In this document: positions 15,701 through 28,704 of the stretch, one piece after another | Layout: each line of letters opens with the position of its first letter | How positions within the stretch are numbered: position 1 is the first letter of the stretch | Assembly: GCA_964016885.1 (NCBI GenBank) | Contig: OZ024743.1 | Coordinates: forward strand, 155,496,001-155,560,000 | Length of the DNA: 64,000 nt | Source: Eledone cirrhosa | Taxonomy: Eukaryota | Reading direction: 5' to 3' | Translations under genes and position numbers: made by a program | The notes under the pieces: model-generated | Database searches by the model: none | The model's input: only the letters and a program-made list of their open reading frames with translations | What the model was told of the DNA's origin: nothing

Positions 15701-17782
15701 TTGCCCCACGTAGACAACTTTGACTGTATTTTTCGAACTCTGTATGGTTGACTCCTACGCAAACTCTTCTGTATGTTGATGTTGCTCATTATTATTGTTG
15801 GACCCATTCAACTTGCTTATGGCAAAGAAGAAAACAGGGCCGATATATCGATTCAGATCCTGCCATTTTTGAAAGTGACACAATAGGACGCGTCTATACT
15901 GTTCATCCTTTGAACATCGAATGTTCCCATCTTCGACTGCTGCTTCACGTTGGATGTGGACCAACATCCTTTGCAGCCCTTCGCACAGTGGACGGTCATT
16001 TATGCAAGACATTCAAGTACGCCTGCTTTAAACGGGGACTCAACGATACGGACAACCATTATGAGAGTACACTTGAGGAAGCGTCTCTCCGTCGATCTCC
16101 ATCAAAACCTCGGCATCTATTCGCTATTATGCTGGTTTTCGGCAACTTTGTTAACTCGCCTTTGTTGTTGAATAAATACAGGGACCACATGTGCCACGAT
16201 ATATGGCTTCAAACCTGTCAAGCTACCGAAAATTCCACCACTGCTTTTAGCCCTATATGTATAACGCTGGTCTAATTATCTTGGGGGACTTAGTTGTGGC
16301 AATTGGAGGCCAACGTTTGGAGGCATACTGCCTCCCTTCTCCGGATAGAAACCAAGAGCAAATTTCTAATCGACTCCTCCTTAGAGAAACCAGCTACTAC
16401 AAAACCAAGCTTCGACAATACGTAGCTGTCAACGAGCCTCTCCTTAATCCAGATCAAGAATCTGCATACGAATATGTTCTAAACAAGGTATACAGCAATA
16501 CTGGTGGGATTATCTTCATAGATGCACCTGGAGGTACCGGTAAAACATTTCTGCTTAATATTATTCTTGGTAAGGTAAGGCAGAGTGGTGACATTGCACT
16601 TGCTGTTGCCTCTTCCGGTATAGCTGCGATTCTTTTAGAAGGTGGGCGCACAGCACACTCGACCTTCAAGCTGCCACTGAACGTCGTCCATCAAGAGAAT
16701 CCCATCTGCAATATCTCACATAGTTCTGACGAAGCTGCTATGTTGATAAGCTGTAAACTAATTGTGTGGGATGAAGCAACCATGTCCCATAAAGGATCTC
16801 TTCAGACACTAGATGTCACAATGAAATATCTTAATTCTAATGACATTATATTTGGAGGAGACACTCTCTTCTCGCAGGTGACTTCAGACAGACACTTCCC
16901 GTGGTACCAAATGGATCACCTGCTGATGAAATGAACGCCTGCTTAAAAAAAGTCCTGTTTTTGGCAGTTTTTTGAGGTACAAAAACTAACAATTAATATG
17001 CGATCGCTATTACAAACTGGTCGTCCGTCTACGCCATTTTCCACTCAACTGTTCCAAATCGGTGATGGCCAACTTGAGTCCGACGACAATGTAAACATTG
17101 ACACGTCTACCATTGGCGCTCAGTCTCAACGCCCGATGATTTATGTTCTTCAGTTTATCCAAATCATTCAACTGAATTCATGAATCCTGATTGGCTTTGT
17201 GAGAGGGCTATTCTTGCACCCACAAATGTTGCTGTTAAGCTGATCAATCACGGAATAACTGGTCAGTTACCCTCTATTCAACGCTGTTACAAGTCAGTTG
17301 ACACTGTTACAGACGTTGATCAAGTGACAACCTTCCCAACAGAGTTTCTTAACTCTCAGGATCCTCCAGGACTATCTACTCACGAGTTGTAGCTACACGT
17401 TGGAGCTCCTGCTACGTAAATTAACCCCATCCCCTTTCTTTGTAATGGAACAAGACTGGTGGTTAAGAAACTGATGAACCTTGTAATTGAGGCAGAAATA
17501 ATCACAGTACCCGGGCGAAATGAATCGATTTTTATTCCCAAAATTCCTTTTACCTCTTCTGATTGTCCATTTCTCATGAAAAGGTTACAATTCCCACTCA
17601 AGATTAGTTTTCCAATGACCATAAACAAATCTCAAGGCCAATCTCTTAACGTTGTTGGTTTGGATCTTCGAACCCATTGCTTTTCACATGGTCAGTTTTA
17701 CGATGGCTGTTGTCGGGTTGGTAATCCTGACAACCTATGTATTTATGCTCCTGACGGGAAAATCAAAAATGTTGTGTATTAA
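12799..17782 (+). pseudogene. Helitron RepHel gene with multiple frameshifts and stops
   Basis: Consecutive ORF fragments (12986, 13681, 14184, 14528, 15115, 15748, 16257, 17180, 17459) tile a RepHel; probable start MPRDKKR at 12799. Confidence 0.88.
13060..13390 (+). repeat. 69-bp (23-aa) coding tandem repeat in the Helitron N-terminus
   Basis: RNAAATTASRAADTPEQRATRTK repeated about 5 times. Confidence 0.9.
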
Positions 17783-18183
17783 TCTGCTCTTCAATAATCC
17801 AAAAGACAATGAGTGCTCCCACCTAACATCCACCTCTTTTTATAACGATTTGCTCATCCATCAGTTCTCCCCTGTTATGTCCAATCTGTATTGTCATTCC
17901 AACATATGTACATAATAGTGTCTATTATTCATATCACTTCTCTATTTCATGATGCGCTTTTACTGTTGTCAAAACAATTTATACCAAGACTGGATTTCTG
18001 TTGTTACATGGGATAACGGATGACAACGAGCTCACATAATAATTATTTCGCTGGAATAATGCCTAAGGTTTTCATGTTTATATAAAGTACCTTTTTCTTC
18101 TATTTATTCAAAATTACTTTGTTTAGTTTAATTAGCTACATCGAAAGCTATTTGAATCGTCCAAAGGACGGGCAGTTTAGCTA

Positions 18184-18246
<63 letters not shown>

Positions 18247-18609
18247 TGTGTGTGTACAGCATATACCAGTGGTATCTTCCAATAAAATGTCCATCAGAAT
18301 TGTCCACCAGCTAGAATTCAACACCATCCAATTGCACCCTGATTGGAATAATTTATTATATTCCACATGTCTCAACAGATTATGGCACCTCATCTACCTA
18401 TTCAGTATCACAAATACTGTGATATCTCACTATGTACCAGGTATAACGTTGTTAAAATAAGCTAAAAGGGCTCGTACTTGACATGTTAGCATCTCTCTTT
18501 CTTTTTTCTTCCGCTTTATCCTCCTTTCTCGCTATATATATTTATATAAAATATATACAATATATAAAATCTATGAATATACATGCTTATTCAAATATTA
18601 TACTATGCA

Positions 18610-19165
18610 AAAAACATGATTTGAACCACTGAAACAGGTGAAGAATTTCAAGTATCTCGAAGACCTTATCACGAGTGAATAAAGGCAGAAATTGAATTAT
18701 GCGCACGAATTGCAGGAGCTGGTCCACTAATGCGTCACATTCATCATTCAGACATCCGAAGAAGGGAGGTAGGTGTAAAAGTCAAACTCATTATCTTAAT
18801 TTCATTATTCGTTCCAAACATTTCGTACGGACAAGAATCTTGAATGATATGATACAATCGGGAATTCAGTAATGCATAGTTCGGAGGGTAGAGAGTTGCT
18901 CCAGCTGAAGCCGCTACGTCAAATTGAGAGATCACATTGCCGTTAATATTCTCAGGAAAGAGTCGCTAGATATATTCTATGGGCAAACAGCCGGGATGAG
19001 ACGCAGCGGTGGACCCCAAGTAAGTTTTTGTTATAACAAACGAGAGCTCGGCTGATCCTGCTTGTGTATCAAGCAGGATAAACTGAAGACAGCGGCTTCT
19101 GATAGGACCCGTTTTGTAAGGCGTGCTTATGAACTCTGCCACCACAACGCTTCCAATAATAATAA
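18610..19165 (+). mobile_element. Decayed RTE-like LINE 3' fragment
   Basis: LKQVKNFKYL motif at ~18629 and terminal AASDRTRF, then an (AAT)n tail. Confidence 0.5.
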
Positions 19166-19400
19166 TAGAAGAAGAAGAAGGAGAAGGAGGAGGAGGAGGA
19201 GGAGGGGTATGAGAAGGAGAAGGAGAAGAAGTAGAAGAACAAGAAGGAGGAGGATGAGGAGGCGGAATGGGGGGAGGAGGAGGAGGAGAAGAAGAAGAAG
19301 AAGAAGAAGAAGAAGAAGAAGAAGAAGAAGAAGAAGAAGAAGAAGAAGAAGAAGAAGAAGAAGAAGAAGAAGAAGAAGAAGAAGAAGAAGAAGAAGAAGG
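19166..19400. repeat. (GAA/GGA)n purine microsatellite
   Basis: Read directly; the poly-Arg ORF is an artefact. Confidence 0.95.
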
Positions 19401-21349
19401 TTTCGTTGTCTTTATCGACTAGAATGGGAATGTAATATTGTTTACAATTTGACGAAGTACATACGCAGATACTTATATTCTAGATTATTCCATTTGTCCA
19501 ATAAATATCGAGAATGTTCTACGCTTATTTTTTCATTGGCTTTATAATTACAATATCCGATTTCAAACTTGTAATTCATAATACTGTATTGAAATATTAT
19601 TGTACTTATATTTGGACACTAACTGAATCATACACGAATCTATTATTTGATAAGTTGATCGTTTCCAATGACTGCTTGGTTGTAGAGCCAATTTTAAAAT
19701 GGGACGGCTCACTCGATGCTTGGGATATGTTTTATTTAGGAATACTTTTTAAAAATATATTTCGTGCATCTAACTCATTTAAATACTTCTTTCATACCCA
19801 TCGATGTTCCGGCACACAAACATTGTATTTTTTTTATTTCCTCGGAAAACGATTTTCAATATACATATATTCAATATATTGTTGTTAATATACAGATATT
19901 GTTGCGTATATTTCAATAACTATTGTAAACATCGTCTCAGAAGAATTGAGCATTTATGTTAGCAATTTATTACCTATGACCAACCCTGATGTAAAAATAA
20001 ATGAAGTAGAATAATGTGCTGTCAGGATAGTTGTTGTTTACAATTACATATACCACTACATTTATTCCAATTTCTACCTTGTTCTCTTTTCTTTTAATTT
20101 CGAAAATAATAATTGTTTCAATGCACAAAACATGGGTATGTATATGAACATCATTGGTTAAGATGTTTTCATACTATACCTTACCTACGTCGTCTGGCAA
20201 TGTACATTATTAAATACCAAGATTAGAAAGATAACACAAAGATATACACCATCTTAAAGAAGCCTACAGCAACCAGTTAAATATTTATTAAAAAAGAAGA
20301 AAACATCAGAAGGAATCTGTAAATATAATATAATCTATAACACCAAACTGAAACTGCATAAATACCTCATAAAGGTTTGAGCTACTAAAAACAGGGTTTA
20401 TCTGAAAGGGTTCGCATTAACGTCTCTGGTGTTTAAAATATATGAATAGCTGCGATATATGCACCATATCAATCACAAACGATATGAGAATTGAATACCA
20501 TACTAAAGCGCCAGTAAGCTTGCTCAGAACCTGCAGATAGAAATGTTAATAAATACAACATTTGGCTTGGGTAAACTTTAAGATGTTCTTTCATTGTAGT
20601 TTTCTTTTCTCAGCCAATACGTTAAAGAAAATTGATAGTTACAATAATAAAGGTTGAACAGTGAACACACATTTTAACAAACTTTACAATAATTTGTACA
20701 ACCATAATGAAATTCAAAATAACAGAAAATACATAAATTACATTGTTAGAGCCTCAGAGTATACAATATTTTTTGTTCGGCCCTCGGGGGAAAAGGTGAA
20801 GAGATTGTTTGGCGAGCTCACCCTAGACCGTCCTACATACAATTGACCATGTTTTTCCCAGATGAAGGCCAGCCACTTTTAGGGTTTGACCCTGAGCTTT
20901 GTTGATGGTAATCGCGAAGCTTAGTCTCTCCGTTGCTCTAGTAACATTTTTCCTTCTGGAAAATCTGATCTTGCGGCCAGGGTAGTACTTTAGGGGTGGC
21001 ATATCGGCAGTAACAATGACGATAAGTTGTCTGTACTTTCGTGAAAAAAATACGTTTGTTTATATTTTTTTTTTGTGTATGCAAAAATATCTCTACACGA
21101 ATATATAATTATATATATATATATATATTAAAATAACAGATTAAAGTTTAAGCAATGAATCGCTGCTTTCACCCTTAACGGGATCTTCTGAAATTAAAAA
21201 AATCAATCTGTGAACGCAGAAGTAAATAATTCGAAAAACGTTGCAACCGAAAGAAAACAGGAAGATCATACTTTCGCTCGGGAAGACGTTAGGAATGTCG
21301 CATAACCGGAAGTGTCCACATTTGAAACATTTAAAGAAGTGAATATTTA

Positions 21350-21458
21350 AATAATTGTTTCTACTTTTGGAACAAGGCCAGCAATTGCCCAGTACATTAC
21401 TGGTACTTTATTTTATCGACCCCGTAAGGTCGAAAGTCAAAGTTAACCTGGGCGAATA
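21350..21458 (-). mobile_element. SINE 3' fragment
   Basis: acaaggccagcaatt...ggtactttattttatcgaccccgtaagg. Confidence 0.75.
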
Positions 21459-21614
21459 TTTAAATAATGTCTTTAATCTTTTAACAAAATTCATTAGATG
21501 AAAATACGCATAATTTTTCACTAGGAAAAAGTTACATCTATGGTGCAAATTTGTTGCTGTCTGGTCCAGCCGTTTGGCGGAAAGTTTGTTATCTACTTAC
21601 GGCCGTCAGCTTTA

Positions 21615-21666
<52 letters not shown>

Positions 21667-21884
21667 TGTTATATTTGGGGAGGGTCATATTTGCGTAATA
21701 TTGCCAGAATTAATAACAGAACACACTCACTGTTTGGTTGGTTTTCGCTTCTCGCTGTCTTTTATATATATATATCTGCGATCTAACTTACTCGGTCCTC
21801 AATGTTGCCATTGACTGACCGGCGGTCAAAAATAATACAGATACAATATAGACAAACACATATATATATAGTTTACATAATTTA

Positions 21885-21926
21885 CATAAATCTTTCGTTG
21901 CACATCTGCAACATCGTCAGTGGTGT
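21885..21926 (-). ncRNA. Degenerate or atypical hammerhead motif in the PLE 3' UTR
   Basis: CTGACGA-t-gttgca gatg tgcaac-GAAA; stems I and III pair poorly. Confidence 0.45.
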
Positions 21927-22185
21927 TATATTCATTGTTCCTCCTGTTGTGTTGTATGTCTACGCCATTTTTTTTTTGTATGTTTATTTATTTATTTGCT
22001 TGTTTGTTTATCTTATTTTATTTTGTCTTCTTTGCGCATGCGTTTGCGTGTGTGTATAGTGTTATGTGTGATGTGTGACTAGTGTGTATAGTGTTGTGTC
22101 TGCTGGGTGACTAGTGTGTGTTTATGTGCTTGTGTATGTATTTATTTATCTTATTTTATTTAATTTAATTTACTTATTTATTTAT

Positions 22186-25100
22186 TTATCTTAGGTCAGT
22201 GTTGTTTGTTTGGGTGTTGTTGTTGTTCCACTCATTCTTTCTGTTTAGCTTTGGTCTTCTAATTTCTATTTCACTGGCCTCTCTGATTTGCCTATCTGCT
22301 GGGTCATTCCTATGTTTAGATATTATTCTAATTTCTATGTTGTCTATGTTACCGTCATGTTGTTGTCTAGCATGTTCGTATAGTACTGACCCGTTTTTTC
22401 GTCCTTTTAGTTCCCCCCCAGTGTTGGTCTATCCTTTCACCTATGCTACGAGCTGTCTCACCTATGTATGTTGTTGTCGTGTTTCTGCAAGTACCCTCTG
22501 TACATCTTATGCTATAGACTACGTTTCTAGTTATACAGTTTATCCGGGGGTTCACCTTACATATGATACATTTCCTATTGGTACAGTGGGTTTTCTTAAA
22601 AGGGTAGGTTTTGCTGATCAGGGATTTTATGGTGGTTCCTGGCTTTTCTACCACCTTTATTTTTAAGTGGGTCTTTCTCAGGGCCTTTCTACACTGGTTA
22701 GCTAATTTCCCTCCAGGGGTGGCGTCCACAAACATGACACTCTGATATCTCTGGTTGTCGTACCATGATGTGGCCTTCCCTATCTTATGTCTAGCCCTAT
22801 CTAAGCTATTCCATGATTTGCTCCTGTATAGTGGGCAAGTTCCTTTCATGTCCAGTTCTATGAGGGTCTTATACTTTTCCATGGCTCCTTCGTATACTCT
22901 GACTCTGTCTCTTTGGTTGTAGCCAGAGAACTGCATGCGGTTGATGAAGTGTTGGATGTGTCCTTCCATTTCTGTTGGGTCGCACATGCTGGACACATTC
23001 TTCATCACTCGTACCAAATCTGCGATCAGAATATTAAACTTAGCACTACTGGACATTGCTGAGTTTTTGAGTATCATGTATTTGGAGGCCATGGGTTTAG
23101 CATAGTGTGAGTGGAGAATTTGGGCTATCTCGTCTATAGTGTTAATCCAGAGTTCTGTGTCTAATACAGGTAGTCTATTGTTAGGGTGTTTGGAAGGGAA
23201 GTCTATAGTTACAGTTATACTCTGGTGTATGGAATTAGCTATCTGCTGGATGCTTTCCATCGTGCTACGTTCTAAATCAAACTTGTTAGTGCTCTCTAGT
23301 GGGGGTGTTCTTATAACTATATTGATATCGTCTACATAACGAGAGTACATGATGAGGTCTATGGAGCTTTCATTAAGGAGATCTTTAAGTCTCCTTTCCC
23401 ACCATACCATGAAAAGTTTGGCAACATCACCAGCTATGCTGACGCCGATGGCTGCTCCCTCATTTTGGGTGTAGATTTTCTCATTGAACTTAAATATGTG
23501 GCCCTTTAGGGTAGTTTTGATACTAGCCCCTATTGCATGTGCGACCATTTTTCTTACCGGATCAGTGTTTTGGGGGGTCCGTATAGCTTTGGTCCACCCA
23601 ATCCACCTTCCTATGGGAGTCTTTTTAGCCATTGAGGTTATGGTGGGGGGTCTACCTCTTATAGGTCTACTAGGGCAGAAACATCTAAGGTCATGGCTGT
23701 CTAGGTAGTCAGTGTCGTAGGTAAGTCTAAGTAGGAGGCCCAGTTCGTCTGTGTCGACGTCGCAGAACTCCACCTCACTCTCAATGATCATCTCCACACA
23801 TCTTTTCACAGCAAAATCAATGTTAATGGATGGGTACAGTGACACCACATCCATGCTGCCTATTATGCAGTTGGATAGGCTCCTGTTTTTGTTGCACTCA
23901 CTGATTCTGCTGAGGAGGTCCTCTGTACTTTCACATACATCTGGGGACATCTTGATTATGGGGCGTATAACCATTGAGAGGAAGTAGGAGATCCTGTAGT
24001 TGCTAGCTATACTAGCTCCGCATACGGGTCTTGTTGGTGGTCCTGTTGTCGGGTCGTCGACTGTCTTGTGGTCTTTGCGGAGCCCATACAAGGGTGGTAT
24101 GCCATTGTTAGACGCCTGGAAGTTGTTGGCAGTGCGTCTGCTTGGCTTTAGGATGTCAGTCCACATCATCATGTGAGCGTTGAGGATTTTTTCTCTCCCA
24201 TCGTGTGTTAGTTGTGCAACTTCGCTCGTGTTGGTGATGTGGGGTTTCATTGCCTCGATGTAGTTCGGCATGCTATCTATTGACATCCTACCATACTTAT
24301 CTGTGGGTAGACACACTACCTCACCATCCCTTGTGCGCTGCTTGAGGCTAACCAAGCCTTCTACAGGTTTTATCCCAAGTTGTTGGGCCTCTGGTCTGCT
24401 CTGTCTCATAGTGTACCTGTCTACTACTTGTCTAATCTTATTTCTAGCTATGGTGAACTGTGCCTCCGTCTCGTCATCTATTTGCTGTGGTATGCAAACT
24501 CTTTTATTAAAGGGTAACCTCGTAGGATATATATTACCCATCTTATATGTTTTGTCAGCTGGGTTGAAAAATAGTTTCTCTAAGGGGTTGTCGTTATTTC
24601 TATCGTCATAGATGTGTGTGTTGCTATTATTGTTATCATGGTGGTTGTTGTTGTTTCTATCATTAGCATTAATATTATTATTGTTATGATTGCTAGATGT
24701 ATTGTTGTTTACTTCACCGTTATTGTTGTTGTTGTTACTGCTATTTCTACCATTGTGGTTGTTACTATTATTATGTTTCTTGTTTTTGTTGATGTTGCTA
24801 CATGTACTATTTCCATTATTACCACTGTGGTTATTGTTGTTGTTGTTGTTCGTATTGTTACCGTTATTACTACTGTGGTCACTGTTGCTGTGTCTGTGGT
24901 TAACGTTTCTATTATTATTATTATTGTGGTTGTTGTTGTTCTGTCTATCGCTAGTATTATTACCATTATCACTATTTCTCACTTTCCTGCCATTGTTATG
25001 GTTATAGCTGTTATTTCTATACCCAGAGTTATTGTTTATATTACTACTACCGTTATTATTGTTGTTGTTGTTTACCTTTGCATTCCAACGTATTTTTGTG

Positions 25101-25813
25101 AAACACTTTTCCAGCTCCGTTTTGCATTCCATAGGGTTAATCTTTTTGTAGATGGCAAATTTTGGTGGTAACTTTAGGATTTGTTGTTCTTGTTCACTGA
25201 TTAAAGTGTTCCCATAGATATTTACTGTGTGGTCATTGGTAAATTCTTCCGGTAGTTTTACATCACTCATACGGATGTTGTCGATGTTATCTGGGTATTT
25301 TTGAGAATATTCGATTTTCCTTTCTTGTAGTTTTTTCTTATTCATCCATTCTAATTTCTTCTTGAAATGCCTACAGCATTCGTTTTGAGCATATTTCGTT
25401 TCGCTTCGGATGACGCTCATGAAGTCATCTCTCTCGTTTGCTGTGATGAGATTTCGGATTTCCTTACCGTTGATGCGTTTTTGTCTGTAGAGTGCGTTGA
25501 CTTTTGTGTATGTTGTTCTTTTCATATTAACTGTTATTGTGTGTTTTAGCCGTTCAGCTTGTGTTGTGTTCAATAATAAATTATTTACTTGTTTTGATAT
25601 GTTTGTTGTGTATGTTTTGGAGGAAACACAGTGTTTTAAGAAGCGGATTTGTTCTGTTGTTATTGTAGTTTTTATATAACAGAAAACAGTGTCTTTCAAT
25701 AACCTTTCAGCTTGGCACAAGCTAATGCCATAGCGGCGATGAATTAGTTTTGCGAGGTTTTTTATATGAAATCGTGTGTCGAAACAGATATTGTTATATT
25801 TGGGGAGGGTCAT
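22186..25813 (-). CDS. PLE polyprotein: Asn-rich N-terminal region, RT with fingers insertion, C-terminal GIY-YIG endonuclease (one extra G at 22413-22419)
   Basis: TDKYG, SMDVVSLYPSI, GAAIG, YSRYVDD, LPVLD, CxxxxCxxC linker, NVVYSIRC...YIGETAR. Removing one G restores the C-terminus seen in the paralog at 4053-4262, with stop at 22186. Confidence 0.9.
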
Positions 25814-26559
25814 ATTTGCGTAATATTGCCAGAATTAATAACAGAACACACTCACTGTTTGGTTGGTTATATATATGTAGATAGCGAGAAAAAAGACGAT
25901 TATTAAGAAGAAAAAATATATTTTCCGCCTTTTATTTTATTCTTGTTTTTTCTGCGTTAGAAAATGTTTAAAACAAAATATTTCACTTTGTGTGAAGTGT
26001 TAAGGTATTAGTTAATTTATTTATTGATTTACAATGGCATTTATTTATTAATTAATTTAATTATTAATATATTTAATTATTGTCTATTATCGGTTTCAGC
26101 ATGTTATGGATTATCAAAGGAGGGAATTTGTATTGGTGTAAAATGTTAGAGAGAAGATAATGTCATGTTGAACATGTTAAAGAAATGGGAAAGAAAGAGT
26201 AATATTATTTTTAAACCAGGTTTTTGAAGTAAAAAGGATAATGAAAAAAAAAAGGGAGTGATGTGGAAGATGATAACGTATTGGGAAAGAAAGAATAATA
26301 TTATTTACAGGCATAGTTCTTGAGGATTAGCAGTTCAAAATGCGTTATTATGGCAAGCGCGCTTGGTTAGTCCATGATGGAGGCAAATGGTAGTCTTGTG
26401 TCTGATATGTTTTACCATTTTAGAGAGTTAATATGCAGGGGTAGATAATCCAGGGTGGTCGGGTAGGGGAGAGAGAGATGAGAGAGAGATGGATGAGAGG
26501 GGGTAATTCATTTTATATAAGAAAAAGGATTAGGTAGGGTGTGAGGGAGGTAACTCTTT

Positions 26560-27830
26560 AGAGAACATAGGAATTGGGACTGTAGTTCATTGTTCCTTCC
26601 AGTTTTAGTTTAGTCTGAGGTTTAGTCAATTAAATAGAGGTCGGAATTTGTTAATGAAGTGTTTCCTTATTGGTACGATGGATGAAAGAAACGTTGTCTA
26701 TGAATTTGTAAATGGAGAAACATTTTAAAGTTTGGATGTTGGTTAGGTGCACAATTGGCGATATGTTCACTAAAAGCAATCTTTCTGTATTCCTGTATTT
26801 TGATTTGTGATCTATGGTCGGTCATACGTTGTCGGAAGCTGTCTTTTGTCTGTCCTATGTAGTGCTCTCTACAACCTGAGCAGGTCAAAACATAGATTAG
26901 GATTTGAGATGCACATGCACAGTTGTATTTAACTGTGAAATGTTATCCTTGTTTAACATGGAATGTTGAACCTTCTATTAGATTTATGCAATATACCACA
27001 GTTGGGCCTTCCGCATTCTTTTAATGTAGGGTTCATTGTGAAGGTTGGTTGGATTTTGGCTTGTGTGAGGATGTTTTTTATGGATCTAGGTTGTCTTTTC
27101 TCTTTATGATGTTGTGTATTTGGAGCATTTTGTTCAATCATGGGTCTCCTTTTAGTAAAGGAATGTTCTAGAGGATGGTGTCGAATGCGTTATTGTTGAG
27201 GGGATTGTGTGTGGAGACGCATGGTATAGTTTTCTGCTGCGGTTCATTCCTAGATTTGGGGTGTCTGAGTTCCTGGATGTTGAGTTTTAAGGCACGTTGG
27301 AATGCATTATTAATTAGGGATGGTGGGTTGTTTCTGCTGATAAGTGTGTTCTTTAATTCTTCTAGTCGTGTGTAGCATGGGTATTTATCTGAAACTAATG
27401 TGCAGATCCTTCTGGCTAGGTTATAGGGAATTGCCATTTTGTTATGGTGAGGGTGGTACGAGTTAAATGGATAATATTGTTTGGGGTCTCTGTGTTTTTA
27501 GTATATGTCTTTTTCTATTTTGTTGTTTGTTTACTTGATGTCGTGAAAAGGGAGTTGTTCACGGCTGTATTCCATTAAAAAGTGTAAGTTTGTGTTAAGT
27601 CCATTTAGAAGGGTTTTAAACTCAATCAGTCTTTCTATACTTTCATGCGAGAGGATGAAGCAGTCGCCCAGATAATTCTTCCAGATTTTTTTCTATGTGT
27701 AGGTAGAAGTGGTTACCGTATTTGTCTAGAACTTTGCGGTAGAGAGTGGTTTCCAAATATCCCATGAAAAGGTTTGCGTATGAGAGGGCTACTTTCGTGT
27801 GCATGGCAGTCCCAGATTTATGTCTGTAAT
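26560..27830 (-). mobile_element. Decayed PLE (RT C-terminus + GIY-YIG), related to the 46413-50340 type
   Basis: GTAMHTKVALSYANLFMGYLE, IPYNLARRIC, CSGCREHYIGQT fragments. Confidence 0.85.
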
Positions 27831-27899
27831 ATATATATATATATATATTTACATACAATGATATTAAATAAATGGAAACTATATTTATAAAACCATATT

Positions 27900-27961
27900 T
27901 ATTCTATTATATATATTTCAAGGGTACCAACAACTTTGGTATGCTTTCATCAGATAAAATA
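27900..27961 (-). ncRNA. Minimal type I hammerhead, family A
   Basis: tattttat-CTGATGA-aagcatacca..tggtaccctt-GAAA-tatata-TA-atagaata. Confidence 0.85.
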
Positions 27962-28126
27962 CAAAGAGTGTTTTATAAATGTTGACATAGCCAAGGAAAA
28001 ACATACCTTATCTGTTGAATAGTCCTTATCAGTTAAATTCCTTATCAGTTGAATATACCCAAGCAATATTCAACTGATAAGGTATGTTTTTCCTTGGCTA
28101 TGACAACATTTATAAAACACTCTTTA

Positions 28127-28188
28127 TATTTTATCTGATGAAAGCGTACCAAAGTTTTTGGTACCCTTGAAATATATATAATAGAATA
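28127..28188 (+). ncRNA. Minimal type I hammerhead, family A
   Basis: tattttat-CTGATGA-aagcgtaccaaa..tttggtaccctt-GAAA-tatata-TA-atagaata. Confidence 0.88.
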
Positions 28189-28338
28189 AATATCGTTTAT
28201 AATTATAGTTTCTATTTATTCAATATCATAGACTATTTACTTGAAACTGTCGAGTGCTTTGAATCTGTTATAAACTTTTATATTTTGGGGATTTCCAACA
28301 AATTAAATATCCCCTCTACTTATTAAATATCCCTCCTA

Positions 28339-28451
<113 letters not shown>

Positions 28452-28648
28452 GACACAACAAAATAATATATATATATGACACTACAAAATAATCAGAAAC
28501 ACTTCATCTAAATTACACTTTTGATAAATCATAGAAATCGTGAAACCAGTAAAGTAAAAATATATACTTATCAATTTCTTTTCCTTAAATATATTATATA
28601 AATACACGCACACACACATATACCCCCCACACACACTCACATACGCAT

Positions 28649-28701
<53 letters not shown>

Positions 28702-28704
<3 letters not shown>

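Larger units (their letters stand above)
12113..18184 (+). mobile_element. Autonomous-type Helitron (decayed Rep/Helicase)
   Basis: HUH motif GLPHAHILLW (~15020), HGPC, PIF1 helicase motifs DAPGGTGKT and QFP..MTINKSQGQS; 3' hairpin cgtcc-aaa-ggacg then CTAG (18181-18184) followed by T. 5' end approximate (TC appears mutated). Confidence 0.92.
21664..25868 (-). mobile_element. Near-intact Penelope-like element with 80-bp direct terminal repeat (pseudo-LTR), inserted in (TA)n
   Basis: 21664-21743 equals 25789-25868 except for one G in a G-run; both ends abut TA repeats; long RT+GIY-YIG ORF inside. Confidence 0.93.
27859..28228. repeat. ~160-bp-arm inverted repeat with an intact family A hammerhead in each arm
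   Basis: The arms are reverse complements; the spacer contains reiterated ccttatcagtt. Confidence 0.92.

Noticed and set aside
19062-19547. Poly-Arg, protamine-like ORF
   Set aside because: It is a (GAA)n microsatellite after a LINE tail.
21140-21190. Hammerhead-like CAGAAGA...GAAA on the minus strand
   Set aside because: Core mutated and stems I/III unpaired; at most a relic.
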